Of a stretch of 64,000 nucleotides of DNA, positions 26,850 to 35,931 are shown in pieces. This stretch comes from Gammaproteobacteria bacterium (GTDB lineage Bacteria > Pseudomonadota > Gammaproteobacteria > Ga0077536). A program made the translations under genes and the position numbers. Every line of letters begins with the position of its first letter. The stretch's first letter is position 1. The stretch is from positions 8,153 to 72,152 of the forward strand of contig JADLGE010000023.1 in the NCBI GenBank assembly GCA_020849475.1, in the 5' to 3' direction. The notes beneath the pieces are model-generated. The model was not told where the DNA came from. It ran no database searches and saw only the letters and a list, made by a program, of their open reading frames with translations.

Positions 26850-28055
26850 ATGATGAACCGTCGCCAACTCCTCGCCCGTCTTGCCGCCCTCGGCGGTGGC
26901 CGACTGGTGGCCGGCGCCGTGCCGGGCATTTTTCAGCAGGCGCTGGCCGCCGACGGCGCGGCCAACGAGCGCATCCTGGTGGTGTTTGAAATGTCGGGCG
27001 GTAACGATGGATTGACCACCATCGTGCCCTACGCCGACGACACCTATTACAAGCTGCGCCCGCGTATCGCCATCAAAAAAGACAAACTCCTGAAGCTCGA
27101 CGACCACTTCGGCTTCAACCCTGGCATGCTCGGCATGCAGCGCCTGTGGCAGGACGGCAAGCTCGCCATCGTGCACGGCGCGGGCTATGCGCAACCGTCG
27201 TTCTCGCACTTCACCTCGATGGCTTACTGGCACACCGCCGCGCCCAATTCCGGCGATGAGTACGGCTGGTGCGGACGTCTGGCCGATACCCTGGCGCCGC
27301 AGCCGGTGCCGAATTTCCTGGTCAATGTCGACACCACCCAGAGCCTCGCGGTGCGCAGCCGCGTGCATACGCCAGTGGTGTTCGACGAGCCGGAGCGATT
27401 TACGCGCCTCGGCATGAAACAGGAACGCGAGGTGCTCGACTATGTATCGAGTTCGGCGGGTGGCAATGCGAGTCTCGAGTATCTCAACCAGGTGGCGCAC
27501 AGCGCCGATGAAGCCTCGCAGCTGGTGCGCGATGCATGGGCGAAATACAAGACGCCGATAGACTACGGCATTCTGCCGGCACAACTGCCCAAGGTTGCGG
27601 CCTGCATCGCCGCCGGCCTGCCGGCGCGCATCTACTACCTCGCGTTTCGTAACAACGCCTTCGACACCCACGTGCAACAGCCCGATCTGCATCAGCGCCT
27701 GTTGAGCTACATGGCCGACGCCATCCATGGCTTTCAACGCGACCTTGAGCGTCTCGGCGTCGCCGAGCGCGTCAGCACCATGATCTTTTCCGAGTTCGGT
27801 CGGCGCGCGCCGGAGAACACCAACGGCGGCACCGATCACGGCGCGGCCAACAATATGTTCATGGTCGGCAGCAAAGTGCGTGGCGGGCATTACGGTCAGC
27901 CGGTCAGCCTCACCACGCTCGATGAAGGCGACAACCTCATCTACACCACCGACTTTCGGCGCGTGTACGCGACCGCCATCGACAACTGGCTGCAGCCCGG
28001 CACGGCCAAGGCGGTACTCAAGGGTGAATTCGAGACCTTGCCGATCTTCGGCTGA
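26850..28055 (+). CDS. DUF1501 family protein (sulfatase/alkaline-phosphatase-like fold) with twin-arginine signal
   Basis: Tat motif NRRQLLARLAALGGG. The stop of the DUF1800 gene overlaps the start region. Conserved DUF1501 segments include MSGGNDGLTTIVPY and NGGTDHG. Confidence 0.8.
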   Translation: MMNRRQLLARLAALGGGRLVAGAVPGIFQQALAADGAANERILVVFEMSGGNDGLTTIVPYADDTYYKLRPRIAIKKDKLLKLDDHFGFNPGMLGMQRLWQDGKLAIVHGAGYAQPSFSHFTSMAYWHTAAPNSGDEYGWCGRLADTLAPQPVPNFLVNVDTTQSLAVRSRVHTPVVFDEPERFTRLGMKQEREVLDYVSSSAGGNASLEYLNQVAHSADEASQLVRDAWAKYKTPIDYGILPAQLPKVAACIAAGLPARIYYLAFRNNAFDTHVQQPDLHQRLLSYMADAIHGFQRDLERLGVAERVSTMIFSEFGRRAPENTNGGTDHGAANNMFMVGSKVRGGHYGQPVSLTTLDEGDNLIYTTDFRRVYATAIDNWLQPGTAKAVLKGEFETLPIFG

Positions 28056-28131
28056 GACGCAGGCACACACACCAGCGCGCGCCACTCCCGTGGCGCGTGT
28101 CGTTCCCGTCATCGTTCAATGAGGCAACAGA

Positions 28132-28455
28132 ATGAGCATTTACGAACGGCGCACTTATTCGGTAATCGTCGGCAAGATGCAGGAAGTCATCCGCGTCTAT
28201 TCCGAAGTCGGCTATCCAATGTTCGAAGCGGGTGGCTTTGCCAAGAACCTGGTCGGCTACTTCATCAGCGACACCGGCCCGCTGCATCAACTCATCCACA
28301 TCTGGCGCTTCGATGACGACGCCGCGCGCCGTGACTTCTGGCAACGTCTGTACGGTCATCCTGATTTCGCCAATTTCGCGACCCAGATTCGCCCGCTGCT
28401 GCATGCGCAGGAGAACCAGTTGATGGTGTCGGCGCCGTGGGGGCCGAAACCCTGA
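28132..28455 (+). CDS. NIPSNAP family protein
   Basis: 107 aa. MSIYERRTYSV...LHQLIHIWRFDDDAARRDFWQRLYG is typical of NIPSNAP (dimeric alpha/beta-barrel) proteins. Confidence 0.7.
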   Translation: MSIYERRTYSVIVGKMQEVIRVYSEVGYPMFEAGGFAKNLVGYFISDTGPLHQLIHIWRFDDDAARRDFWQRLYGHPDFANFATQIRPLLHAQENQLMVSAPWGPKP

Positions 28456-28573
28456 GGCGCCACCGCGCGGCCCATCGGCAATGGCCTGCGCGGCGCATGA
28501 ATTGCCCGCCGCGCAGGGCGCGCATACCATGCGCTGACACCCATTCCACCCCGTCAACGCCCCGGGAGGCTCC

Positions 28574-29080
28574 ATGGATTCCGAATCATTGAAAGCGCTG
28601 CAGGCGCCGCTGAAAGATCAATACCGCAGCCAGCCTGACGCCGCGCTCATCACCCTGTCGGCCGAATCGAACGGCGTCGACGGCATCGCCTGCAAACTCG
28701 CCACCAGCAAGGGCATGGTCGAAGCCGGCCTGCATCCCGCCACCGGCGGTCCCGGCACCCAGGCCTGCTCCGGCGACATGCTGCTCGAAGCCTTGGCCGC
28801 CTGCGCCGGCGTGACCTTGCAGGCGGTCGCCACCGCTTTCGGCGTCAAGCTCAGCCGGTCGACGGTGCGCGCCGAAGGCGACCTCGATTTCCGCGGCACC
28901 TTAGGTGTGGCCAAGGACGCGCCGGTCGGCTTTCGCGACATCCGTCTCGTGTTCGACATCGCCGGCGACGCGCCGGAAGAAACCCTCAAGAAAATCGTCG
29001 CCACCAGCGAACGCTACTGCGTGGTGCTGCAAACCATTCAACAGCGTCCCAACATCACCATTGAAGCGCACGTCGCTTGA
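28574..29080 (+). CDS. OsmC/Ohr family peroxiredoxin
   Basis: 168 aa. OsmC-like conserved Cys pair (GTQACSGDMLLEALAACAG ... ERYCVV). Confidence 0.8.
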   Translation: MDSESLKALQAPLKDQYRSQPDAALITLSAESNGVDGIACKLATSKGMVEAGLHPATGGPGTQACSGDMLLEALAACAGVTLQAVATAFGVKLSRSTVRAEGDLDFRGTLGVAKDAPVGFRDIRLVFDIAGDAPEETLKKIVATSERYCVVLQTIQQRPNITIEAHVA

Positions 29081-29090
29081 GGAAACGCCC

Positions 29091-29687
29091 ATGGCCGCCA
29101 ATCCCCATACGCTCGAAGTTGCACGCCCGAATTTCAAATCGCTGTCGACCAGCAGCGCCGCAGACTGGCAGGTGATTTGCGACGAGCACCGGCAATTTTT
29201 CGCCGGTTTGCCAGACCGTATCCTGGGCCATCTCAAGCTGCTGGATGCCGATTACGGCGGCTTCCCGGTCGACCGCCTGCAGCATTCGATGCAGACCGCC
29301 GAACTCGCCGCCGCCGATGGCCGCGATGACGAATACGTGGTGTGCGCGCTCCTGCACGACATCGGTGACACGCTCGGCTCAGCCAACCACCCCGATGTGG
29401 CGGCGGCCATCCTCTACCCCTACGTGTCGGAGGCCAACCACTGGATGGTGAAACACCACGGTATCTTCCAGGGCTATAACTTCTTCCATCACTTAGGCAT
29501 GGATCGCAACATGCGTGACCAATTTCGCGGCACGCATTACTACGATCAGACCGAAGAATTCATCGCCAGGTACGATGACCCGGCCTTCGATGCCGACAAG
29601 CCCAGGCTTGAGCTGGCGCTGTTTGAACCGATGGTGCGCAAGGTGTTCGCGCAGCCGGTGAATACGATTTATAAGACTTTGCGCTGA
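29091..29687 (+). CDS. HD-domain metal-dependent phosphohydrolase/oxygenase-like protein
   Basis: Start refined to MAANPHTLEV, 10 nt after the OsmC stop. HD signature QHSMQTAELAA...LLHDIGDT, plus further His ligands HPDVAAA and HH. Confidence 0.7.
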   Translation: MAANPHTLEVARPNFKSLSTSSAADWQVICDEHRQFFAGLPDRILGHLKLLDADYGGFPVDRLQHSMQTAELAAADGRDDEYVVCALLHDIGDTLGSANHPDVAAAILYPYVSEANHWMVKHHGIFQGYNFFHHLGMDRNMRDQFRGTHYYDQTEEFIARYDDPAFDADKPRLELALFEPMVRKVFAQPVNTIYKTLR

Positions 29688-29696
29688 GGCCGGGCT

Positions 29697-29724
29697 TTAA
29701 TGTGCGAATTCATTCGCACACTGG
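29697..29724. repeat. Family A element, solo hairpin unit
   Basis: TTAATGTGCGAATTCATTCGCACACTGG between convergent gene ends. Confidence 0.75.
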
Positions 29725-29737
29725 CCTTGCATGTTCA

Positions 29738-31105
29738 CTACCAGCCGCGCCGCGTCTTCGCCGCCGGATGCGGTAACTGCGCGCGCGCCGGCCGGCCGGC
29801 GAACAATTTCTCGCGCAGACTGCCTGGCTGATATTCCTTCTGCATGCGGCCGCGCTTCTGCAGCACCGGCACCACGCCGTCGATGAAATCCTCGAAGCTG
29901 CCGGGCAAGGTCGCGTAGGCGAGATTGAATCCGTCGACGCCGGCCGCTATCCATTCTTCCAGTTGATCCGCAATCTGCTCTGGTGCACCGACCAGCACCG
30001 GGCCGGCGCCGCCGATGCCGACATAGTTGGCGATGTCGCGCATGGTCCACATGCGATTCGGATCGGCATGGGTGAAGCTGTGCAGGAAGGTGCGTATTGC
30101 ATTGGTCTCAATGTATTCGACCGGCATGTCCGGCTCGTACTTGCTTAGATCAATACCGCTCCAGCCGCATAGCAGCGCCAGCGCACCCTCATAGCTCACC
30201 TGGCTGTAGAACTCTTCGTATTTGGCACGCGCCTCGGCTTCGGTGCTGCCGGTGATGACCTTCATGTAGGCAAAGCACAGCACGTCTTCGGCGCGCCTGC
30301 CGAAATTCTGCGCCTTGCTCTTGATGGCGTGCGCGTATTCGCCGGCGACCTTGGGGCTGGAACCGATCACGAACACACATTCGCTGTGCTCAGCGGCGAA
30401 ATCAGTGCCGCGCGGCGAGGTGCCGGCCTGGAACAACACCGGCGTGCGCTGCGGCGAAGGCTCGGAAATATGCGGGCCGTTGACCTTGTAGTACTTGCCG
30501 TCGTGCACGACATCGCGCACGCGACTGGGGTCGGTATAGATGCCGCGCCGCTTGTCGGCCAGCACTGCGTCGTCGGCCCACGAGTCCTCCCACAGCTGGT
30601 AGCACACGCGGCAATACTCATCGGCCATCGCGTATCGCACGTCGTGATCCGGCAGGCCCTTGAGCCCGTAGCTGCGGCCGGTGCTTTCGAGATAGGACGT
30701 GACGATATTCCATGCCACACGTCCCTGGGTCAGGTGGTCAAGCGTGGTGATGAAGCGCGCGAACGTGAACGGATGGTGTTGCAGGATGGAACTGGTGAAG
30801 CCGAAACCGAGATGCTCGGTGACCGCCGCCATGGCCGGAATCAGGAGCATGGGGTCGTTGACCGGCGTCTGCGCGGCATTGCGCAGGGCCGCGTCGCGAT
30901 TGGCGCCGTACACGTCGTAGACACTCAGCACGTCCGCCAGGAAGATGGCATCGAAGCAGCCGCGCTCGATGAGCTTGGCGAAGTTCATCCAATGGTCGAG
31001 CCGCTTGTAATCGACCATATGATCGTCGTTGCGCGTCCACAGTCCGGGGGACTGGTGCACTACGCAGTTCATCTGGAAAGCATTGAAGTAGATGCGCTTG
31101 GACAT
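29738..31105 (-). CDS. LLM-class flavin-dependent monooxygenase (NtaA/SnaA/DszA family)
   Basis: 455 aa. Family-typical N-terminus MSKRIYFNAFQMNCVVHQSPGLW and overall length. Confidence 0.85.
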   Translation of the reverse strand: MSKRIYFNAFQMNCVVHQSPGLWTRNDDHMVDYKRLDHWMNFAKLIERGCFDAIFLADVLSVYDVYGANRDAALRNAAQTPVNDPMLLIPAMAAVTEHLGFGFTSSILQHHPFTFARFITTLDHLTQGRVAWNIVTSYLESTGRSYGLKGLPDHDVRYAMADEYCRVCYQLWEDSWADDAVLADKRRGIYTDPSRVRDVVHDGKYYKVNGPHISEPSPQRTPVLFQAGTSPRGTDFAAEHSECVFVIGSSPKVAGEYAHAIKSKAQNFGRRAEDVLCFAYMKVITGSTEAEARAKYEEFYSQVSYEGALALLCGWSGIDLSKYEPDMPVEYIETNAIRTFLHSFTHADPNRMWTMRDIANYVGIGGAGPVLVGAPEQIADQLEEWIAAGVDGFNLAYATLPGSFEDFIDGVVPVLQKRGRMQKEYQPGSLREKLFAGRPARAQLPHPAAKTRRGW

Positions 31106-31163
31106 GGAAGGCTCCTGGGCAGCGAAGGCGCCCGGCGGTGGAGTTGCACCTTGGGCGCGTTCT

Positions 31164-31195
31164 GTTGAATGTGCGATTTCAATCGCACATTCAAC
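31164..31195. repeat. Family A element, solo hairpin unit (TTCA-loop variant)
   Basis: GTTGAATGTGCGATTTCAATCGCACATTCAAC. 14-bp arms around TTCA. Same internal variant as the U arm at 16974. Confidence 0.75.
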
Positions 31196-31207
31196 CTCAA
31201 GGCAAGC

Positions 31208-32314
31208 TCACGCCGCCCGTATATCCAACATGCCGGGCTCCGCCATCGGCGTGGTCTGCCACTTGTGCAATTCCGGCAGCACATACTCGGCAAAACAGCG
31301 CACGTTGCGTTCCGCCTCTTCATGCGGCATGCCGGCATAGCTCAGATTGCACAGCACCGCATTGGGATTGATGATCTCGCGGATGTAGGCAATCTTCTCC
31401 AGCACCTGTTTGGGCGTGCCCCACGGCATGAGATCGGTGAAGTCCTTGGCCGCGCCATCCATGCCGTGCCGCGAGATGTACTTGCCGACGTTGCGGTAGA
31501 ACTCGTAGCCCTTGTGCTGGCCGAATTTCTCTGCAGTCATTTCGTAATGCTTCATGGCACTGTGGTAGTAGGCGTTGATGTACTTGTAGGCCATGTCCTC
31601 GGCGCGCGCGGCGTCCTTGTCGACGAAGAAGAAGCCACCGCACAAGGGTTGCGGCGGCGCACAGCCGTTCACTTTCTGATAGGTCTCGGTGTAAATCGCA
31701 AAATCCTGCTTGACCACATCCCACGGCTTTTGCGGGATCACCAAGAGGCCGACGCCGAGCCTGGCCATGATCGGCATCGACTCCGGCGACACCGCCGCCG
31801 CATAGGAGCGACCGCGGAACGAGCGCAACGGAAAGGGACGAATGTCGCGGCGCGGCTGCTTGGTGTGCGCACCGCCTTCGAGGTAGCCGCGTTCCAAGCC
31901 TTCGAGCAGCAGTTCGGCGTATTCGACGAAGCGCTCACGCCCCTCGCCCTGGTCGATGCGGAAACCGGAATATTCAACATTGCCGAGGCCGCGCCCCAGG
32001 CCCAGGATCATGCGGCCGCCGGACAAATGATCGAGCATCGAGATCTGCTCGGCGACGCGCATCGGGTCATGCCAGGGCAACACAATCACGCTGGAGCCCA
32101 ATTTGACCTTGCTGGTCTTGCCGGCCATGTAGGTCAGGAACTGCACCACGTCCGGGCACATGGTGTAGTCAGTGAAATGATGTTCGATGCCCCACACGGA
32201 ATCGAAGCCCAGCGGCTCGGCCATTTCCGCCAAGCGCACTTCTTCCCGATAGACATCGGCATCCGAGCGCAGATTGCCGGGATTCTGGAAAATCGGCGTA
32301 TATCCCACGTGCAT
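31208..32314 (-). CDS. LLM-class flavin-dependent oxidoreductase
   Basis: Start refined to MHVGYTPIF (AGGGGAAC upstream). Luciferase-like monooxygenase segments such as DSVWGIEHHF and MILGLGRG. The 5' two-fifths of the 587-aa track ORF (N-terminal extension upstream of this start) is a non-coding read-through. Confidence 0.8.
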   Translation of the reverse strand: MHVGYTPIFQNPGNLRSDADVYREEVRLAEMAEPLGFDSVWGIEHHFTDYTMCPDVVQFLTYMAGKTSKVKLGSSVIVLPWHDPMRVAEQISMLDHLSGGRMILGLGRGLGNVEYSGFRIDQGEGRERFVEYAELLLEGLERGYLEGGAHTKQPRRDIRPFPLRSFRGRSYAAAVSPESMPIMARLGVGLLVIPQKPWDVVKQDFAIYTETYQKVNGCAPPQPLCGGFFFVDKDAARAEDMAYKYINAYYHSAMKHYEMTAEKFGQHKGYEFYRNVGKYISRHGMDGAAKDFTDLMPWGTPKQVLEKIAYIREIINPNAVLCNLSYAGMPHEEAERNVRCFAEYVLPELHKWQTTPMAEPGMLDIRAA

Positions 32315-32564
32315 GTCGTTCCCCTGGTGGCGTTGAAGACCGACGAATCTAGCATGCGCTTCCAGGGCCACGGCACCACCCTTCGTGGAGGGGGTGGGCG
32401 CGGGGCCCTGTGCTAGACTCGTGGCCCATCCGCACACGGGGCCGGGCCTGATGCACTTCTTTCCAGTGCCGGCCGCGCGACCGTGGTTCAAGTCAACGAA
32501 CACATTCCCATGCCGCGCCACGGCCACGACGCGCGCTGACGTGGCTGGCTGACAGGAGCTCATC

Positions 32565-33230
32565 ATGTTGCAAGGCAAGGTTGTAGTCGTGACCGGCGCC
32601 AATGGCGCACTCGGACGCGCGGCCGTCGCACTGGCCGCCGAACAAGGCGCCGAAGTCGTGGAACTCGATCTGCGTTTTGACGGCGCGCCCGGCGCGCGCC
32701 AGCACGCGGTCGACCTGACCGATGCCGCCGCCGCGGCGGCCTGCCTAAGCGCCATTGGTCGTATCGACGTGGTGCTGAATATCGCCGGCGGTTTCGCCAT
32801 GGGCCCGGCCGTGCACGAGACCACGCCCGAGCAATGGCTGCATATGACGCGCATGAATGTCGACACCGCGCGCAATGTAATGACCGCCGTGGTGCCCGGC
32901 ATGTTGGCGCGGGGTCGCGGCAGCATCGTCAATGTGGGCGCGCTGTCGGCGCGCGAGGGCCAGGCCAACATGAGCGCCTACTGCGTGGCCAAGAGCACGG
33001 TCATGCGCTTGACCGAGAGTCTGTCCAAGGAGCTGCGCGCCAAGGGCATCAACGTCAACGCGGTGTTGCCGAGCATCATCGACACGCCGACCAACCGCAA
33101 AGATATGCCCGACGCCGATCACAGCCGTTGGGTGGCGCCGCGCGATCTGGCGGCCGCGATGTGTTTCTTAGGCTCCGACGCGGCGCGCGCCATTCACGGC
33201 GTGCTGCTGCCGGTCGCGGGCCTCGCCTGA
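32565..33230 (+). CDS. Short-chain dehydrogenase/reductase (SDR)
   Basis: 221 aa. GKVVVVTGANGALG Rossmann motif and a catalytic YxxxK context (SAYCVAK). Confidence 0.85.
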   Translation: MLQGKVVVVTGANGALGRAAVALAAEQGAEVVELDLRFDGAPGARQHAVDLTDAAAAAACLSAIGRIDVVLNIAGGFAMGPAVHETTPEQWLHMTRMNVDTARNVMTAVVPGMLARGRGSIVNVGALSAREGQANMSAYCVAKSTVMRLTESLSKELRAKGINVNAVLPSIIDTPTNRKDMPDADHSRWVAPRDLAAAMCFLGSDAARAIHGVLLPVAGLA

Positions 33231-33239
33231 GTCGCGGCC

Positions 33240-34388
33240 ATGAGCATCCGCGACCAGGCCTGCGTCACCGGCATCGGTGAAACCAGATACACCCGAGAAA
33301 CCACCCGCAGCCAGGCCGAGCTGACCTTCGAAGCCGCGCTCGCCGCGATTGCCGACGCCGGCCTCGAACCGAAAGACATCGACGGCGTGGTGCCCTATGT
33401 GATGGGCGGCGTGATTGCCGAAGACTTCATCACCAATTTCGGCCTGCCGGATCTGCGCTACTCGGCGCTGACGCCCATGGGCGGCGCGAGTTCGGTGGCG
33501 GCCTTGCAGAACGCAGCATTGGCGGTCGCTGGTGGACTCGCCAACCATGTCTTGATCACGCTCGGTCGCGGCGCGCTGTCTACCGGGCGCATCACCGATC
33601 GCATCGGCCAGATGCCACAGTTCCGCGTGGTCGGTGAATTCGAGATGCCGATGGGCACAGTCGCGCCCGCGCAGTTCTATGCACCGATGGCGCGGCGTCA
33701 CATGGAACTCTATGGCACCACCAGCGCGCAGCTCGGTGAAATCGCCGTGACGTTCCGCAAGCATGCGCGATTGCACGACAACGCCATGATGCAGAAGCCC
33801 ATGACGCTGGCCGATCATCAGGCCTCGCGCATGATTGCCGATCCGCTGCGCCTGTATGACTGCTGCCTGGAAAGCGCCGGCGCGGCGGCGGTGGTGATCA
33901 GCCGCGCCGACCGTGCGCGCGACCTGCGCCAACCGCCGATCTACATCGGCGGTGTGGCCGAGGGCCATCCCGATTCGCCGAGCACCATCACGCAACGCCC
34001 GGACATCTGCCGCATCGGTCTCGCCAAGGCCGCGCCCAAGGCCTTCGCCATGGCCGGCGTCACGCACAAGGATATCGACGTCGCCGAGATCTACGACTGC
34101 TTCACCTACATCGTCTTGTGCCAGCTCGAAGACATGGGCTTCTGCGCCAAGGGTGAAGGCGGCGCCTTCGTACAGGGAGGCCGCATCGCGCTCGGCGGCG
34201 AACTGCCGGTCAACACCCACGGCGGCCTGTTGTCGCAGGCGCATATCGCCGGCATGAATCACATCGTCGAACTGACCCGCCAGCTGCGCGGCCAGGCCGG
34301 CGCGCGCCAGGTGGCCGATGCCGAAGTCGGCCTCGTCACCGGCTATGGCGATCTCGGCGATGGCTCGATAGCCATCATGCACAGGTGA
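33240..34388 (+). CDS. Thiolase-like lipid-transfer protein (SCP-x / Ltp-type, non-Claisen thiolase-fold)
   Basis: 382 aa, begins 10 nt after the SDR stop. Thiolase-fold motifs (CVTGIGETRYTRE, CCLESAGAAAVVI, NTHGGLLSQAH). Confidence 0.85.
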   Translation: MSIRDQACVTGIGETRYTRETTRSQAELTFEAALAAIADAGLEPKDIDGVVPYVMGGVIAEDFITNFGLPDLRYSALTPMGGASSVAALQNAALAVAGGLANHVLITLGRGALSTGRITDRIGQMPQFRVVGEFEMPMGTVAPAQFYAPMARRHMELYGTTSAQLGEIAVTFRKHARLHDNAMMQKPMTLADHQASRMIADPLRLYDCCLESAGAAAVVISRADRARDLRQPPIYIGGVAEGHPDSPSTITQRPDICRIGLAKAAPKAFAMAGVTHKDIDVAEIYDCFTYIVLCQLEDMGFCAKGEGGAFVQGGRIALGGELPVNTHGGLLSQAHIAGMNHIVELTRQLRGQAGARQVADAEVGLVTGYGDLGDGSIAIMHR

Positions 34389-34813
34389 ACATCCGCATGA
34401 ATGCCCCGACCTACGACAAACCGCAGCCCGACATCAGCGCCGTGTCGCGCCCGTTCTGGGATGGCCTGCGCGAGCACCGTCTGCTGCTGCAGGCCTGCGC
34501 GCGCTGCCACACCGTGCGCCATTACCCGCGGCCGGTGTGCGACCGCTGCTACTCGATGGACTGTGAGTGGATAGCGGGCAGCGGGCGCGGCACGGTGCAT
34601 AGCTGGACGGTGAATCATCATCCGTTTCACTTCGCTTTCAAGCGCGAGAGTCCGTTCATCACGCTGACGGTCGATCTCGAGGAAGGCGTGCGCATGCAGG
34701 CGCCGCTGCGCGATGCGGATGCCAGTCAGCTCAAGATCGGCATGGCCGTCAAGTTGATGTATGAAGACATGACGCCGGAGTTGACGCTGCCGGCCTTTCG
34801 GCGGGCGCTGTAG
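34385..34813 (+). CDS. DUF35 OB-fold / Zn-ribbon protein (thiolase-associated)
   Basis: GTG start overlapping the upstream stop (GTGA). Zn-ribbon CxxC...CxxC (CARCHTVRHYPRPVCDRC) followed by an OB-fold region. The classic partner of SCP-x-type thiolases. Confidence 0.8.
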   Translation: MNIRMNAPTYDKPQPDISAVSRPFWDGLREHRLLLQACARCHTVRHYPRPVCDRCYSMDCEWIAGSGRGTVHSWTVNHHPFHFAFKRESPFITLTVDLEEGVRMQAPLRDADASQLKIGMAVKLMYEDMTPELTLPAFRRAL

Positions 34814-34958
34814 GTGCGAATTCATTCGCACATCCAACGGACAGGAGCGGTGGTTCGTTTTCAATGTCCGACTGAAGTCGGACCCACAAAGGGATCCTCT
34901 CCTTTGTGGGTCAGGCTTCAACCCGACATTCAATTGTGCGAATGAATTGGCGCCTACA
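34812..34958. repeat. Family A composite element enclosing a family B-like long hairpin
   Basis: U (AGGTGCGAATTCATTCGCACAT) ... inner imperfect 30-bp-arm palindrome with TGAA/TTCA loops ... degenerate U' (CAATTGTGCGAATGAATTGGCGCCTACA). Starts with the TAG stop of the DUF35 gene and ends 9 nt before the MaoC-N ATG. Confidence 0.8.
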
Positions 34959-34966
34959 GAGACATC

Positions 34967-35422
34967 ATGGATACCCTGATTAACGACGACATCCGCGCCT
35001 GGATCGGGCGCCGCGACGCGCCGCAGACCATCGAGGTCACGCGCCGCGACATCATCAAGTACGCATTGGCCAGCGAGCAGCAGCTGCCGCGCTATTTGAA
35101 CGGCGATGAAGCGCCGCCGATGTTCCTGTTCGGCGCCGACCGGCCGCTGACCGCGCTCGCCGATCTCGGGCCCGACGGCCTGCGCCAGGACAGCCTGCTG
35201 CCGCCCCTGCCACTCAAGCGTGTGATGGCCGGTGGCGTCAAACAGCGCTATCACCGCGCCATCGTGCCGGGCGACGTGCTCAGTATCACGCGCACCGTCA
35301 GTGACATCTTCGAGAAACAGGGCGCCAGCGGGCCGCTGATCTTCGTTGTCTACGACATCGAAGTCCGCGATGCCGGCGGCGCGCTCGTCATGCAAGAAAC
35401 CCAGACACGCATCATTCGTTGA
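34967..35422 (+). CDS. MaoC-like hotdog-fold protein (N-terminal-type hydratase subunit)
   Basis: 151 aa with a hotdog-fold pattern lacking the catalytic motif. Lies directly 5' of and overlapping the MaoC dehydratase gene. A repeat element sits 9 nt upstream of its ATG. Confidence 0.7.
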   Translation: MDTLINDDIRAWIGRRDAPQTIEVTRRDIIKYALASEQQLPRYLNGDEAPPMFLFGADRPLTALADLGPDGLRQDSLLPPLPLKRVMAGGVKQRYHRAIVPGDVLSITRTVSDIFEKQGASGPLIFVVYDIEVRDAGGALVMQETQTRIIR

Positions 35423-35424
35423 CC

Positions 35425-35838
35425 ATGCCAGCATTCAAAGCCCTGAGCGTCGGCACCGAGTTGCCGACCCGCAATTGCACGGCGAGCAATGTCTCGCTGT
35501 TCCTGTACAACGCCGCGATCTGGAATCCGCATCGCATTCATTACGACGAAAGCTATACGCTCAACGTCGAAAAACATCCCGGCATCGTCATCGACGGTCC
35601 CTTGCAGGGCGACTGGCTGACGCAGGTGGTGAGCGGCTGGCTCGGCGACGATGGCGTGCTGCTGGAATTCGAATACAGCAACCGGCGCGCGTCGTATATC
35701 GGCGATCACCTGACGGCCAGCGGCCGCATTGTCGCGCTCGATGCCGAGCGCAACGAAGCGACGCTGGAACTCGAGATTCGCGACGCGCGCGGTGAAGTCA
35801 CCACGCCCGGTCGTGCGCTGGTGCGCTTTACGCGCTGA
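35425..35838 (+). CDS. MaoC family (R)-specific enoyl-CoA hydratase/dehydratase
   Basis: MaoC signature region ...NPHRIHYDESYT...GIVIDGPLQGDW. ATG at 35425 is preferred over the TTG track start at 35419. Confidence 0.8.
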   Translation: MPAFKALSVGTELPTRNCTASNVSLFLYNAAIWNPHRIHYDESYTLNVEKHPGIVIDGPLQGDWLTQVVSGWLGDDGVLLEFEYSNRRASYIGDHLTASGRIVALDAERNEATLELEIRDARGEVTTPGRALVRFTR

Positions 35839-35860
35839 GCGACGCGGCGCGGGATCGCGC

Positions 35861-35875
35861 CTGATCGGGATCAAG
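35861..35875. promoter_or_regulatory. Candidate FNR/Anr box upstream of the USP gene
   Basis: CTGATCGGGATCAAG = TGAT-N4-ATCA core, one mismatch from TTGAT-N4-ATCAA. Centre about 64 nt upstream of the USP ATG. Confidence 0.5.
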
Positions 35876-35931
35876 ACGCCTCGGCGCGTGTGGCGCGAGC
35901 ATAGGCCAACGCCAGCAGTCGAGGTCTCACC

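Noticed and set aside
29699-29720. GAATTC-centred palindrome as a restriction-modification or transcription-factor operator site
   Set aside because: The same core occurs as inverted U/U' pairs and fragments at many unrelated gene ends, mostly 3' of genes rather than in promoters. A REP/MITE-like element is more parsimonious. An operator role cannot be fully excluded.
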